A stretch of DNA of 64,000 nt from the human T2T-CHM13v2.0 reference genome, Homo sapiens (GCF_009914755.1 NC_060926.1); one strand, 5' to 3'; positions 26,360 through 40,030 are shown, counted from the first letter of the stretch. Numbers and translations are program-made. Notes: a model not told the origin generated them from the sequence alone.

Positions 26360-28623
26360 TAATATGGTCTGGCTGTGTATCCCTACCCAAATCTCATCTT
26401 GAATTATAGTTCCCATAATCCCCATGTGTCATGGCAGGGACCTGGTTGGAGGTAAGTGAATCATGGGGGCAATTACTCCCATGCTGCTGCTCTTGGAATA
26501 GTGAGTGAGTTCTCACAAGATCTCATGGTTTTATAACAGGCTTTTCCCTCTTTGCTTGGCACTTCTCCTTCCTGCCATCAAGTGAAGAAGGGCATGTTTG
26601 CTTCCCCCTTCCACCATGATTATAAGTTTCCTGAGGCTTCCCCAGCCATGTGGAACTGTGAGTCAATTAAGCCTCTTTCCTTTATAAATTACCCAGTCTT
26701 GGGCAGTCCTTAATAGCAGTGTAAGAATAGACTAATACAGTAAATTTGTACCAGGAGTGGAGCACTGCTGTAAAGATACCTGAAAATGTGGAAGCAACAC
26801 TTGAACTGGGTAACAGGGAGAGGTTGGAACAGTTTGGAGGGCTCAGTAGAAGACAGGAAAATGTGGGAAAGTTTGGCACTTCCTAGATATTTGTTGAATG
26901 GCTTTGACCAAAATGCTGATAGTGCCTGCTGAAGACAATGAAGTCTAGGCTGAGGCGGTCTAAGATATAGATGAGGAACTTGTTGGTAACTGGAATAAAA
27001 GTCATTCTTGCTATGCTTTAGCAAAGAGACTGGTGGCATTTTGTCCCACCCTAGAGATCTGTGGAACTTTGAACTTGAGAGAGATGATTTAGGTTATCTG
27101 GCAGAAGAAATTTCTAAACACCAAAGCATTCAAGAAATGACAGAGCATAAAAGTTTGGAAAATTTGTAGCCTGACCATGCAGTAGAAAAGAAAACCCATT
27201 TTCTGAGGAGAAATTCAAGCCAGCTGCAGAAATCTGCATAAGTAACAAGGATCCAAATGTTAATTTCCAAGACAACAGGGAAAATGTCTCCAGGGCATAT
27301 CAGAGACCTTGGTAGCAGCCCCTCCCATCATAGGCCTGGAGGCCAAGGAGGAAAAAAACGGTTTTGTTTGTTGGGTCCAAGGTGCCTCAGGACTTGGTGC
27401 CTTGTGTCCCAGCCACTCCAGCCATGGCTAAAAGGGACCAAGGTACAGCTCACACCATGACTTCAGAGGATGCAAGCCCCAAGCCTTAGCACCTTCCATA
27501 TGGTGTTGATCCTGCAGGTACACAGAAGTCAAGAGTTGAGATTTGAGAACCTCTGCCTAGATTTTAGAGAATGTATCAGAATGCCTGGATGTCCAGGAAG
27601 ATGTTTGCTGCAGGGGCGGAGCCTTCATAAAGAACCTTTGCTAGGGTAGTGTGAAAGGGAAATGTGGAGTTGGAGCCTCCACATTACAGAGTCCCTACTG
27701 GGGCACTACCCAGTGGAGCTGTGAGAAGTGGGCCACTGTCCTCCAGATCCCAGAATGGTAGATTGATAAGCAGCTTGCACCATGCACCTGGAGAAGACAC
27801 AGACACTCAACACCAGCCAGCTTGTTAAAGCAGGCAGGAGGGGGGATGTACCCTGCAAAGCCACGGGGGTGGAGCTGCCCAAGACCATGGGAACCCACCT
27901 ATTACATCAGCACAACCTGGATGTGATGCCTGGAGTCAAAAGAGATCATTTTGAACTTTAAGGTTTAATGACTGCCCTATGGGAATTTGGACTTGCATGG
28001 GGCCTATAGCCCCTTTGTTTTGGCAAATTTATTTCATTTGGAATAAGTATAATTACCCAACGCCTGTACTCCCATTGTATCTAGGAAGAAACTAACTTGC
28101 TTTCCATTTTACAGGTTCATAGGCAGAAGGGACTTGCCTTGTCTCAGATGAAACTTTGAACTTAGACATTTGAGTTAATGCTGAAATGAGTTAAGACTTT
28201 GGGAAACTGTTGAGAAAGCATAGTTATGTTTTGAAATGTGAGAAAGATGAGATTTGGGAAGGGCCAGGAGCAGAAAGATATGTCCCCCACATAAATCTCA
28301 TCTTGAATTGTAATCCAAATTGTAATCCTCACATGTTGGTGGAGGGATCTCGTGGGAGGTTCCCCCATGCTCTTCTCATGATAGTGAATGAGTTCTCATG
28401 AGATCTGATGGTTTTATAAGGGTCTTTTCCCCCTCTTTTCTCAGCACTTCTCTCTCCTGCCACCATGTAAAGAAGGACATGTTTGCTTCCCCTTCCATCA
28501 TGATTGTAAGTTTCTGGAGGCCTCCCTAGCCATGCAGAACTGTGAGTCAATTAAATTTCTTTCCTTTATAAATTACCCAGGCTCAGGTGTTTTTTCATAG
28601 CAGCATGAAAATGGACTAATACA
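26360..28623 (+). mobile_element. Full-length THE1D-type MaLR provirus (5' LTR ~26360-26739, internal ~26740-28275, 3' LTR ~28276-28623)
   Basis: Two homologous LTRs ending 'gactaataca', THE1 internal sequence, purine tract before the 3' LTR, and a perfect 5-bp TSD ATTGT at 26355-26359 and 28624-28628. Confidence 0.93.
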
Positions 28624-31600
28624 ATTGTATATCAAAATATTCTCTTCAACCTAAAAGCTCACTTTTTTCTTCTGATTTTAAGATAATCTGAGATATTTTC
28701 ACAGAACTTTAAAAACATTGTGAGCCCTAGGCACTATGCCTACTGTGTCTACTGGGTAAGTTGACCCTGATGGCAAATACTTTTTCATTTGGATGGTTCC
28801 AGTTCTCAAATCTCATCCCTGGCATTAGCTCAGTGGAGCCTTAGTTTCTTTCTGTGTGAAATGACAAGACTTAGATTTCTTAATCTATATTATTTCATTG
28901 GCCTTCCCCCAATGCAGTGAAGTGTCATCTTTTTCTACTTTCCAAAGGCTCAGAGATTTTAAGAGATTGCCTTGAATTGTCTCAGCTGGGAATTGACAGC
29001 CTTTCTTGGGAAAGGGAAGGGAATGAGAACCAATATTTGCCTATTTTAGGCATTTCACACACAGAAACCACTATTTAATTTCCAACAACCCTGCAAGGTA
29101 ATGTCTGAATTTTCCATCCAAGCCAATCAGCTAATAGCTTGGCCAGGGTAGGGCATAGGTGGCAGTAGGAAAATTTCGGAAAATCTGATAATAATACTAA
29201 GTCCAAAGTGTGGGAACAAAGCTCCAAACAAGAGGCAAAGTCAAGGGCCTCAAGCCAGACAGAAAATGGAGTGAACTAGGAGCTTGGGGAAAAGGAGAAA
29301 GATGATGACCTGCTGCTGCAAACAGGCTAGCATGCCCAGGGACCCACTTTTCTGGCTGTCATAAAGATATAAAGAGAAAAATCAGAATGGATAGCTCAAA
29401 AATGTCATCTTCATTTTATAGCTGAAGAAGCTGAGGCTCATAGTGCTAAGGTAGTCTCAGATCACACAGGTAGGAAGTGGAGAAGCTGCATATGACTCCT
29501 AATGCCATGTTCACTCACAGAACAAATATCTACATAGAGGCCACATCTCCATTCTGAGTTTTTTCAGTGGCCTCCTAAAAAGATATCACAAACTTGGGCA
29601 TGACCATTGGGAGCAAGGCATTGCCTGAGATCTTGCCAGATTGGTCTCCATTAACACACAGTCTCATGCGTATCCCCAAACTCATAAAGAAAACATGCAA
29701 TAGCAGAGTCCTTGCCAACGTTCTATGCTGAATGAATACACAGAATATGGAAAGAGGTATGTTTCCCTCTTTACATCTTTACAAAGAAAAACTTAGAGAA
29801 AATGGAGTCCTAAAGAGACAGAGAAACCTGACCATTCAGTCTGCAAAGAGAGAAAAAGGGGGCCTACAGCATTTTAAGTCATCTACGTATTATGTGTTTG
29901 ACATTTCCCAATCAATGGAAGCCCTCAGGATCCCTATTTCTGTTGAAGGAACTGTCTCTAATACTGGCTGGAGGGGAATTGTCTGAATGAGTCCATTTCA
30001 GCTGCTTCCCTCCAGCCAGGTTCTCATAGTCTGAGTGGCCAGCCACCTGCCCAAAGCGCAGAAGGCAGAGCGCTGCAGGGAAGGTGATTAGGATGGGCTG
30101 GCCCAGAGATGACAGCCATGCAGAGCCATAGCACAAAAATTAATCATATAAAGTCTGTTTGATTCCTGCTGGCAACTGATTTTAGGAATGAAGTTCAGTT
30201 TGCTGGGTTTGTTTCCTAAAAATCCAAACTTGTTTTGAAGAATTTAAAAAATGCATTTTACTAAAAACTACATCTAGCCCATACTTATTCTTTTACGCAG
30301 TCTTCCTATGGGTCACTCACATACCTGGGATGACTTTCATTATAGTTTCATAACCATCTGGGAGCACATCACCTGATTAATTCCAGCATTTAATTGCAAA
30401 CCCAAGCAGAGAGAGGCTTTTTATCAAATATCTACACACTCAAACTCAGCTAACATGTAAGCAATATAGCTTAATCACTTGAAAGCTACATCCCACCTGT
30501 AAATACATAAATACATTTTTCACAAGTCAAACAAACCCCTGAAGCTTGGTGAGAGCTATGTTAAGAGCCAAAAGAAGACATAAAGCCACATTCTCAACTG
30601 CTTTCAGGAAGAGTGGTGAATTCTAGTCTGGGTCTCAGCACTCCTTTCCTTGCCATGACTGCCTGTTGAATATGGTCTCAGTTGAAAGCAAGGAGAACAG
30701 TGCATTACCACTGCCATGTCATTATGAGAGTCAACAGCACCCACACGCAAGACCCCATGAGACTCTGAAAAGTTAGCCCCAGCCCTATCTCCTGTCTCTC
30801 TGAAGGACAGAACCCAAGTGGTCCCACAAACCAGACTTTGCAACTCCCCTGAAATCTGACACTCATTTACTTAAGAAATTATTATACATCTGCTAGCATA
30901 TGTATGTCTCCGGTTTGGCATTTCGTCAGGAGTACATGCTGGGAACACTTAACTGCACTGACATCCACATAAAATAGTAAGGAGTCCACCACCAAGATCT
31001 ACACGGTCTTCCCAACACAGTTGGCCTACATCTGCTCAACATGCTTGATTCTGTGTTTACTTTATGTTCAGGTTGAGATCCAGATTTTAACAGGCCATCT
31101 GATGCCCCATTAACTTTTCATAAGGAAACCCATACGTGTGCACTCATGAATTTGGGAGGAAGGAAGAGAAATTGAAGTCATGGTTGACAACATAGGAAAC
31201 CTTTACATGTGTCATGGTTGCTCTCACTGGCATCCATCTCCTGAGCAGGGGATTCTGGGGTGTCACATTTTTAAGGAGTCCATTTTCACAGTGAGCTTCG
31301 GCATCTCAGAATGCTCTCTCGAGGAGCAAAGTCAACCCTAGGTCACTATTTCAATGTAGTTTCCTTTGTACTAAATCCTACTTTCAAGGAAATTCCTGCT
31401 ATGGTTCACTGGTGTTTAACCTATCATATAATATCCAGGTTTACTGTGTTAGAAGAAGCAGAACAGTATTAAGCTTTTCCCACATGCCTGTGATTGCATT
31501 TGACCTAGTAACCTGTATTAGATTAACATTTATCCTACAACTGCACAGCAAGCCCTGCACCTTGGTGAGCTGCAGTTTATAGAGGACACTAACCATTTTT

Positions 31601-32639
31601 ACAAGTGGAACAGGAAAAGGGAATTGAATCTGAGGGAGTAATTCCAAGCAAGTATGTTGCTGCAGCAGTTAAACTGTTTATACGAGGAATAGGGGAATTA
31701 CTTCTGACTGACCTCTCTTTTTATCTGCTTAAAAGACAAAGTGCAGGTCTCCATAGCCAGGGCAAACTCTGGGGAATGCAGCTTTAAAATGTATAGGAGC
31801 CATAGGGCCCCCGCCATCCACCAATAAGCAGCAGCTTCAAAGGCAAGGAAGCACAGGAATATAAACAAAGTTACTGGAATTAGGATGTTTTCACAGTAGC
31901 TAGGGTCCAAATGTTTCTCCCGTCAGTCACCTGCATGCAGACCCTCCAGGTCAGGTGGGACAGAAGTGAAACACAAGTTCAAAATGAGAACAGGCTTTTC
32001 CATCATGGGTATTTTGATGGAATGGCTTCTTGATTTTCCTTGGCCACAGCTCAGTATGCAGTGGATTCATTAAGGAACATGTCAGGTTTTGAGGGAGACT
32101 GAAGAATGACAAGGGACCTGACAAGGCAACTGTTTGGGACCAAAAAAAAAAAAGCTGAATCCACAAGGAAGTAATTACCAGGAAATAAAAATCAGAACTC
32201 TCTGAGCATCCACCCAACATAACAATGGGAGGAGGTCACCCCACATTATACGGTATGTGTAATGAAATCCGATTTAATCTTTCAGTGAACACTGGATTCA
32301 CCAACACGCCTGCTGTGATGGTCGGGGAGTGTTCCCTCTAATGGAGTCTGAGGGAAAGCTGAAACTAGATTATGGGCTCATCCAAGAAAGCCCAATTGTT
32401 CCTTGAAATGAAGCAAACAACAAAGCAATAATAAAAAAAAAAAGAGCAATGTCCTAACACTTGAAAAGTACACAAAGAGAGTGCTAATGTATTCCTCTTC
32501 ACATCCAGGTGACCATATCCCCTCCCATGGAAAAAGCTGTGATATGATTGCTTCACAACTCCAGGATATTTTTTGTCTACTTCACATGGTAATTTGGTTA
32601 TTTAGTTTTCAACGGAATCTTCCAGAAGTTTCTGAGTAT

Positions 32640-32792
32640 TCATTTGGGCTCATAAAAATACAATTACCCAGCCTGCTTCCCAGACGTACTGTATCAGAGT
32701 CAGCCAGGATGAAGCACCAGCCTCAGCAGGTTTAACCACTCTCCCAGGTGATGCAGATGAATAGTCTCAGCGGAGGACCAATGTTCTAGAAC
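32640..32792. mobile_element. MER5A-type hAT-Charlie remnant
   Basis: 'cccagacgtactgtatcagagtc...tttaaccactctcccaggtgatg'. Confidence 0.5.
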
Positions 32793-34089
32793 CCGTGGAA
32801 TGCGAAAAAGCGTCCAAATGAGGGTCTGTTGAAGAGGTGTCAACTAGAGCTCAGTTGCAGCTGTTTAGACAAAGCAGCACAGCAAAAGCTGACCCTGTTT
32901 TATTTAGGAATCAGCTCAATTAAAGGTTGATGAAACATTCGCCCCTACACCGCAATCAATAGGTGCAATTCTGCAGCTGTCAATGTTGTGTGGTAACTTG
33001 GCTCTGAGGCTGCCGACCCTCCAAGATTTTCTTCCCATTGTCTGTGGGGGGAGGTGGGAGTTGGAGATTTCGCTTTCAAAGCTGTCACTACTTAGGCCCC
33101 CTTTACCCCAAATCTAAGATTTCGCAGGCCTTTTTAAGCTGCTTCATTCAGAACAATAGGAAGATATTTCTCCAATTCTATATAAGGAACCTAAATATCT
33201 TCTATAGCCAGACACCCAGAAGGGGTTGTTTTTTTTGTCGTTCTTTTCTTTTCTTTTTGAGGGGCAGGGGAAGCATAAGGACAAGACAGGGGAGTTCAAG
33301 GAAGGAGAGGAGAGAGAAATAAACAAGGTGCACCTGGGAATTTTAAAAAGCAGCAACGAGTGAGTTCTGAGGCCAGGATAAGGCTGGAATCTGCCCTCGG
33401 GATGCCACCTACGAACAGGCCTGGACATAGAGAGAAAACTGTTCAGCTGAAGCAATGCTTGTCAATACAATGATCACTGGGCTGTAAACTCAGTGCATGC
33501 AAATGCCCTACTTTTAAGCCCCTCTACTCAAGTAGGTGAACAGGGGGAGATTGCAGACAGCCAAACATAAAGAAAGCTAAATGTAAAGGATGTAGCATGG
33601 TCCTGGCTCCGTCCCTCACCTGCCACCACTAAGAGAGCCTTAGCCTTATACTCCCGCCTGAGGTGTTCAGAGCAACAGACTATGACATGAGACAAAGAGG
33701 GTGCTTCTCAGGGACAGATAAGTCTGCAGTCAACAGGCTAAAGGAGCTCTTTTCCCCAAATTCAACTTAATCCCAGGCATTTAAATACTATAGGCAATTC
33801 ATGCTAGCTTACCCTTTGGGGAAAATGTGGGAGAAAAATTTAAAGACATGAGTATTGGTGATAGAATGGAGAGACAGAAACCTTTTGAAGTAATTCTTTA
33901 AAGCTGTGTCCTTTCAGAAACACAATAAAGATGGACTCCTAGGTATACCTATGTGCCACACACAGGTAAATATAGGTAAATATCTATCAACATCTATATT
34001 TATAGATGTAATCTTTTACCCAGATATACCCACGTTTACACAATTATGCAGTAGGTAAGTGATAATGGTGGTATAGCATTAAAGAACAG

Positions 34090-34290
34090 AGAATCTCAGA
34101 ATTCAAATTACAAAAGACTTTCATCTAATGCAACCCCTTCAATTTACAGAGGAGGAAATTGAGCCTAAGAGAAATAAGAAGTACTTCTTATTTCAAGGTC
34201 ACACGCCACCTCTGAGCGACAGAGTCTGAGTTGGAACCCCCTCTCCTTGCTTCCTGCCTGGTGTTCATCCCAAGGTGCCACATGGACTCC
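34090..34290 (-). mobile_element. MIR with an internal perfect palindrome
   Basis: 'tttacagaggaggaaattgagcc...caaggtcacac'. Confidence 0.65.
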
Positions 34291-35620
34291 ATCATGAAAA
34301 CATGGGCTCTAATACCTCCCTGTCAGTGCTAACGGTGAGTCACAATGCATCCAGAGGAGCTTCTCTATATGGTGTGCAGAATTTCAAGTTGTCTGCTGTG
34401 TATAATGTGTCCATTTAGCCAGAGTCTCTAGTATTAATTACCTCTGTGAGGTACAATATGGCATCATGCAGCTTTGGAATCTGTACACTTCATTAACCGT
34501 TTCCCCATTAACCTTGACTGGAATCACATTCCTATTCTAACTGGTAAGATGTGTTCTATTTGTAAGCACTCCTATTTTCTCTTTGAAACCATTCTCATAT
34601 TCTTATGTCATTGTAAATGGTCTTACTTGTAATAAAGTGCCATTGAACGTATTTACTATTTGCTCCTTAATTTTGTCCTCTTGGAAAGAGACCGATGTCA
34701 GCTCCAACAGTAGTTAATATACCTTTGAGCACACACTGTGACCTTTCTCCGGCTCATGCCTGACTTCATTCTCAGATCTCATTAAACAGCAGAAATTATC
34801 TTTGGAAAGAGCAAAACCAGAAATGTGCAGGTTTTGTGCTCAGCTATAGAGAAGAATTTGATTTAAATGGCGTCACAATGGCACGCACGTAGAAAATAAA
34901 AGAGAGGATGAAACTCCTGTTCTCTCTGCAGACTGGGCAATGTTACATGCACTGACCTGGATGTAGAGAAGATCTGAGTGATTTTTTGTGCCTGCTGGCT
35001 CTACCTTGTTAGTTAAAATATGGGAAGCTCCCTGTGGATATATAAGCTTGTTACCAGGTGGTTCAATCTATGAATGAGCCTTGGGAAGTTATCATCCCCC
35101 TAACAGAGCCCCGAGGGAGTGAGAGAGAGAAAAAGGGATTTTCTTGATGAGCAGAGTAAGAAGGCTCAAGGTTGAAAAAGATCAAGGAACCAAGAAAATC
35201 ACGTTTGGGAAAGATACCGCAAACACCCTGAGTCAAATGTGGTTTTCCAAACACCAGCGGTGGGAGGAGGTAATCCTAAAAGCAAATAAAGGAAACTAAA
35301 AGTGGAGATACGTTGGGGAAGGGGAGATCAAAGACAAGTTTACCAAGAGGCCACCCCATCCTTGGGCCTTGCCCTGAGCTAAGAGGAGAGGGTGGGGCTA
35401 GAGATTCAGCTCAGAGTAACTGAAATATCCAAGTTTTTCTCAGTTCTATCAACCTGCCAGTTTCAGCATCTGACTCACTGATTTCTCTCCATCATTCTCG
35501 GTGGCCTCCACATAGGTGGCCCTTCCAAGCCACTGGCCTTTTACTTCCTTGACTTCTGGTTGCTAAGGATAATTTTCCTCTGTCCGTTACAGTCAAACAC
35601 TCCCATGCTCATACACTAGA

Positions 35621-35833
35621 CTAATGATCCTCAACTCCAGCCACACATCTGAATTATCTGAGACAGTGTTTTAGTTCGTTGTTGTTGTTGTTGTTGTTAT
35701 TGTTTTAACCACAACATGCAGGGCCCATACCAGAACAATTGTAGTCAGAATCTCTGAAAGTGAAGACAGTCATCAATATTTTTTGCCAGCTCCCCTGGCA
35801 ACTTTAATATATAGCCAGGGTTGAGAATCACTG
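35621..35833. mobile_element. MER5B-type element containing a (GTT)n tract
   Basis: 'tcagaatctctg...agctcccctggcaactttaatatatagccagggttgagaatcactg'. Confidence 0.65.
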
Positions 35834-36151
35834 ACCTCAATATTGTTATTATCAATAACTACACCCATCATACATTTTCTGTTTTAAGCACCTCTACTCT
35901 CCAAAGACGGTCTCCCAATTTTCAGCTTATTCACTGTAGTACCCCAACCTCCAACGTCCCTTGACTCCACTGGGACTTCCCACGTACATACTCTGCCACG
36001 TTTTTAGTCTATCCACTCTCCTCACATCCTCATTTCCCTCTTCATTCAGCTTAGAGTCTGTTTCCATCATCATCTCTCCCTTGTATACCCATGAATACCA
36101 TGTTCCTTTCTCCCTCTGTTAGGGCTGCCTGGCCACACCCCAAGCCAGGTT

Positions 36152-36641
36152 TGCATTAATCAAGGACTTACCAAGAAACCGATAAAACCAAGAGAGAGCA
36201 AAGGGGGAGACTTTCTAGAAGGGATTGTTCTAAAAGGGTAGGAAGGTAAAGGGAAAGCAATAAGGGATAGGGAAGCACCCCAAGGCTAACAGCAGCAGGA
36301 AGCAGTTACCACCCCTATGCCTGGAAGAATAAGAACAGAGATGGTTCCTGGGACCTACAGAAAGCCACATCTACAGAAGAGGGCTGCTTAATAGGAGCTA
36401 CGGCTTCCTTGGAGGGCTACAGTCACTGACAACCAGGGGCCACTGGCGAAGGAGTGGGAAAGTAAATATAAGCATCTCACTGCCCCCTGCCCTTCAATCT
36501 CCTGCCTGCCATTAGCCAAACCCAACCCAGAGGCCAAGGAAGGCATGAATCATTCCATAAGTATCAGCCACCTAGGGTACCAAACCCGACGAAGAAGGAT
36601 AAAGAATGGGTCAGAATGGGCACATGAAGAATACCCAACAC
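36152..36641 (-). mobile_element. Ancient MaLR LTR (MLT1M/N2/O type) within an L2 remnant (~35450-37500)
   Basis: 'gggaagcaccccaaggctaacagcagcaggaagcagttaccacccctatgcctgg', flanked by pyrimidine-rich L2-like sequence. Confidence 0.5.
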
Positions 36642-38006
36642 ATGGTTAAATTCATCTTTCTGCTTATATCTCTGTGGCATCCAAGCATAGCTGGGAAAAT
36701 TGCACAGCCATGCTGATAGATCTCTCATAAGACTAATACTGTAGACTTCATGGGGGCTTATAACATTACCCAGCAGCCCTTCCATATTTACTGATAAACT
36801 CACTTTCTCACCATCTTAGAAGACCATCAGCTCCCTGCCCCACCTCACTGACTTTGCCTGATATTTTACGAACAAAATAGAACCAACCATAAAAGAACTA
36901 ACTCATTTGCCCACCAAATCTATCAACCCTCCCACATCTGTTCCTGTCTTCTTTACCAGCCTTCCTGACCCAAAGATGACCTGTCCCTCCTCTTATCCAA
37001 GGTCAATCTCTCCACTTATGCACATAATTCCATCCCCCTCACTACTCAGAAAACTGGCTTCTGAAATTACCTACCTTTTCTCTCTCCTGCATCTTAAAAC
37101 AAAATAAGTTTCAAAATTCTTGCTTACACTCTCAGCCCCACTGATGTGCAGTTCCATGACTGTGCTGAGCATATTAATTACTTATTGGTTCTAACTGCAT
37201 CTTAAAATGCTCTTAAGACACTTCATGGCTTACCGCTTCACTTTATTCAGGTCTCTGCTCATATCTCATTCATTCTTCCCTGATCATCCAATGAAAATAG
37301 ACTCTGCTCCTACCCTGCTGTTCTCCATCCTGTTTACCCTAAGTTTTCTTCATAGCAGTTACCACTAAGTGAAAATACTGCGTCTATTTAGTTATGCCTT
37401 CATTTTTGTGTAGCTCCCACTAGAATCTACTAATAAAGATTTCACAGATCTCGTTTACTACAGTATCTCTAGTATTTGGGACAGTGTCTGATTTATGATA
37501 GGCTTTCAATGGGAGATGACAGGGAGGGAGAAAAGAATAGAGGCCTTGCTGGTGAGACTATTTGCTTGCTGCTCCAGCAGAAATCAGGCTCACGAGATGA
37601 AATGGCTCAGGTCTTGGTACCTTAGGAATAGGTCTTTATCCAGAAGCTAGAGTATAAGCAAATATGGGAGAAAGGATGTAAATAGTGAAAATTCCAAAGT
37701 CCTGACTTTAATCCTGTTTCTGGCACTCCTAACTGTACCACTTTGGGCAAGTTACTTTACCTCTCTGTGCTTCTATTTCTTTATTTGTAAATAGAGAAGG
37801 ATTGAGAAGGGAATAGATGTAGAAATGTTTTGTAAATTTTAAAGCATTATGTAATTACTTCTTCAGAACTACCGGATTCCATTGATACTTTTTATTTTTC
37901 AACTCTGACATTTTCTTCTTATTTTCAATTTAAATTGTTTCCTAGCAATAACATGGTCAAGACCATTACCCATCACATAGTCATATGACATATGATATTA
38001 TGGCAT

Positions 38007-38063
38007 TAGTGTTTAATATGTCATTTAGTCTCTAGTCTAGTGTTTAATATGTCACTTAGTCTC
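38007..38063. repeat. Tandem duplication, 26-bp unit at 31-bp period
   Basis: TAGTGTTTAATATGTCA(T/C)TTAGTCTC at 38007 and 38038, separated by TAGTC. Confidence 0.9.
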
Positions 38064-38619
38064 TTTTCTGAGTTGTGGGTGTTTCAATTCTCATGGCTCA
38101 GAAGTGTAAAAACTATATTTTTAGCCAGAAATCTTACATAGACAAAGCAATAAAAATATATAAGACTACTTAATACTTTATTAAGTAGCCAAGTGAAGAA
38201 TGGAATTTAGGTTAAAAAGCTCTTGTTTTCCATTTATTCTGCCTACACCCAGAAGTCTACGGCACTTAGGGCATGTTTGAAATACCCTGGCTTACACGTT
38301 GGGATTCTTTGAGCATCTAGACCAGCCCTTCTCGCCTTGATATCCTCAAGGAGTTGCAGAGGCTAGTGGAAATTGGAATTGTCCATATCTGAGAAAAATA
38401 AATACTGATAAGCATGGCAGTAAAGTGCCAGCCATGAGATCAGGGGCTCTCAGGCTTCCCTCCTGAACTCTATGCCTGCCAATCTTGGCCACCTACCTTT
38501 GTGGTGGATTCTAGGTTTGCAGAGCTCCAAATAATAGCACAGTGTTCTGTGCTTCATTGAACACCCTTGAAAAGTCAGCTAATTGTATCCCTATTCCATT
38601 CTTCCATTCTCTTTCAAAA

Positions 38620-39042
38620 TAATAGAATCCACTATTTTTATCTTGGTATATTCCCAGTCTCCTCTGCAGCTATGCATTACCATCTAACCAAGTTCTGGAC
38701 AGGGGAATATGAGCAGAAGTCATGTAATCAAATTCCAGGCTGTGTTCTTAGATGGTAACGGCCCTCTCTCCTCTTTTCTCCATCCTCTTATCTGGGTCAT
38801 GGATATGGAGGAGCTACTTTGGACCATTCATTCTTATAAGGAAAACACACTAAAGATAAAGCAAAACAAAGCAGAAGTAGCTGGGTCTTTAGACAACCTT
38901 GTTGAACAGAGCTCCATGCCAGCCCTGGGCCTCCTACTTCCTGGCTATTATAGGAAGGAAAAATAAAGTCTATCTTATTTAAGTCACTTTTGTCTGGGGC
39001 CTCTGTTACATATATAGGTGAACATTTATACTAACTGATACG
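38620..39042 (+). mobile_element. Old MaLR LTR (MLT1J type)
   Basis: 'ttcccagtctcctctgcagcta...aagttctggacaggggaatatgagcagaagt', ending 'ctaactgatac'. Confidence 0.65.
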
Positions 39043-39646
39043 ATAAGTAAGGTCAGAATCAAAAGAGCATCACCTCTTCCCCACTAGTCCTCCAGTCAAA
39101 ACACTCAAGCCTGAAATCAATGGATGAATACAGTCCCAGGGAAAACACTGGGAGCTACCTCCCTCCAGCATTCCAGATCCAACCCTTCCTTCTTATCCTA
39201 AGGGGAGGAGCCATTGGGATAAGGCAGGGCCGACAGCCAGGCAGCTCCTCTCTGTTCTATCTTTTCATGCTCTACAAGCCTGATTGGTGCTGTCCACCTC
39301 CAGAACCAGTGGTCATGGCCAGCCCACAGTGCCCCACATCCAACGAGGGCCTTGGGAATATGATAAGCTCTGATGAGTGTGGCGTCTAAAGGTGGCAGCT
39401 GAAACAAATCAGGGCCCCTGTTTCCAACTGTGCACAGCCCCAATGCCAGCCAGAAGATGGCAGCACCACTCCCCATGCCTGGCATACCCACCCACCCCAA
39501 TCCAGTCCCAGGCCGCATCCTCCCATACATTCTATCAGATACTGGCTCCAGAAGAGATTTGTTCCAGAGAAAAGGTGTCCAGGGAAATGCAATACATTTT
39601 AATTGAATTTTAGCAAATTTCAAAATAATTATACTATGCTCTATAA

Positions 39647-40030
<384 letters not shown>

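Larger units (their letters stand above)
25932..28769 (-). mobile_element. ORSL-type hAT (Tip100) non-autonomous DNA transposon, split into three pieces by two insertions
   Basis: Termini CAGGGTCAC... and ...GTTGACCCTG. Internal 'ccctaggcactatgcctactgtg' and 'ttttttcttctgatttta'. Pieces at ~25932-25990, ~26310-26359 and ~28624-28769. Flanks TGGGCAAA/ATGGCAAA fit a decayed 8-bp TSD. Confidence 0.75.
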
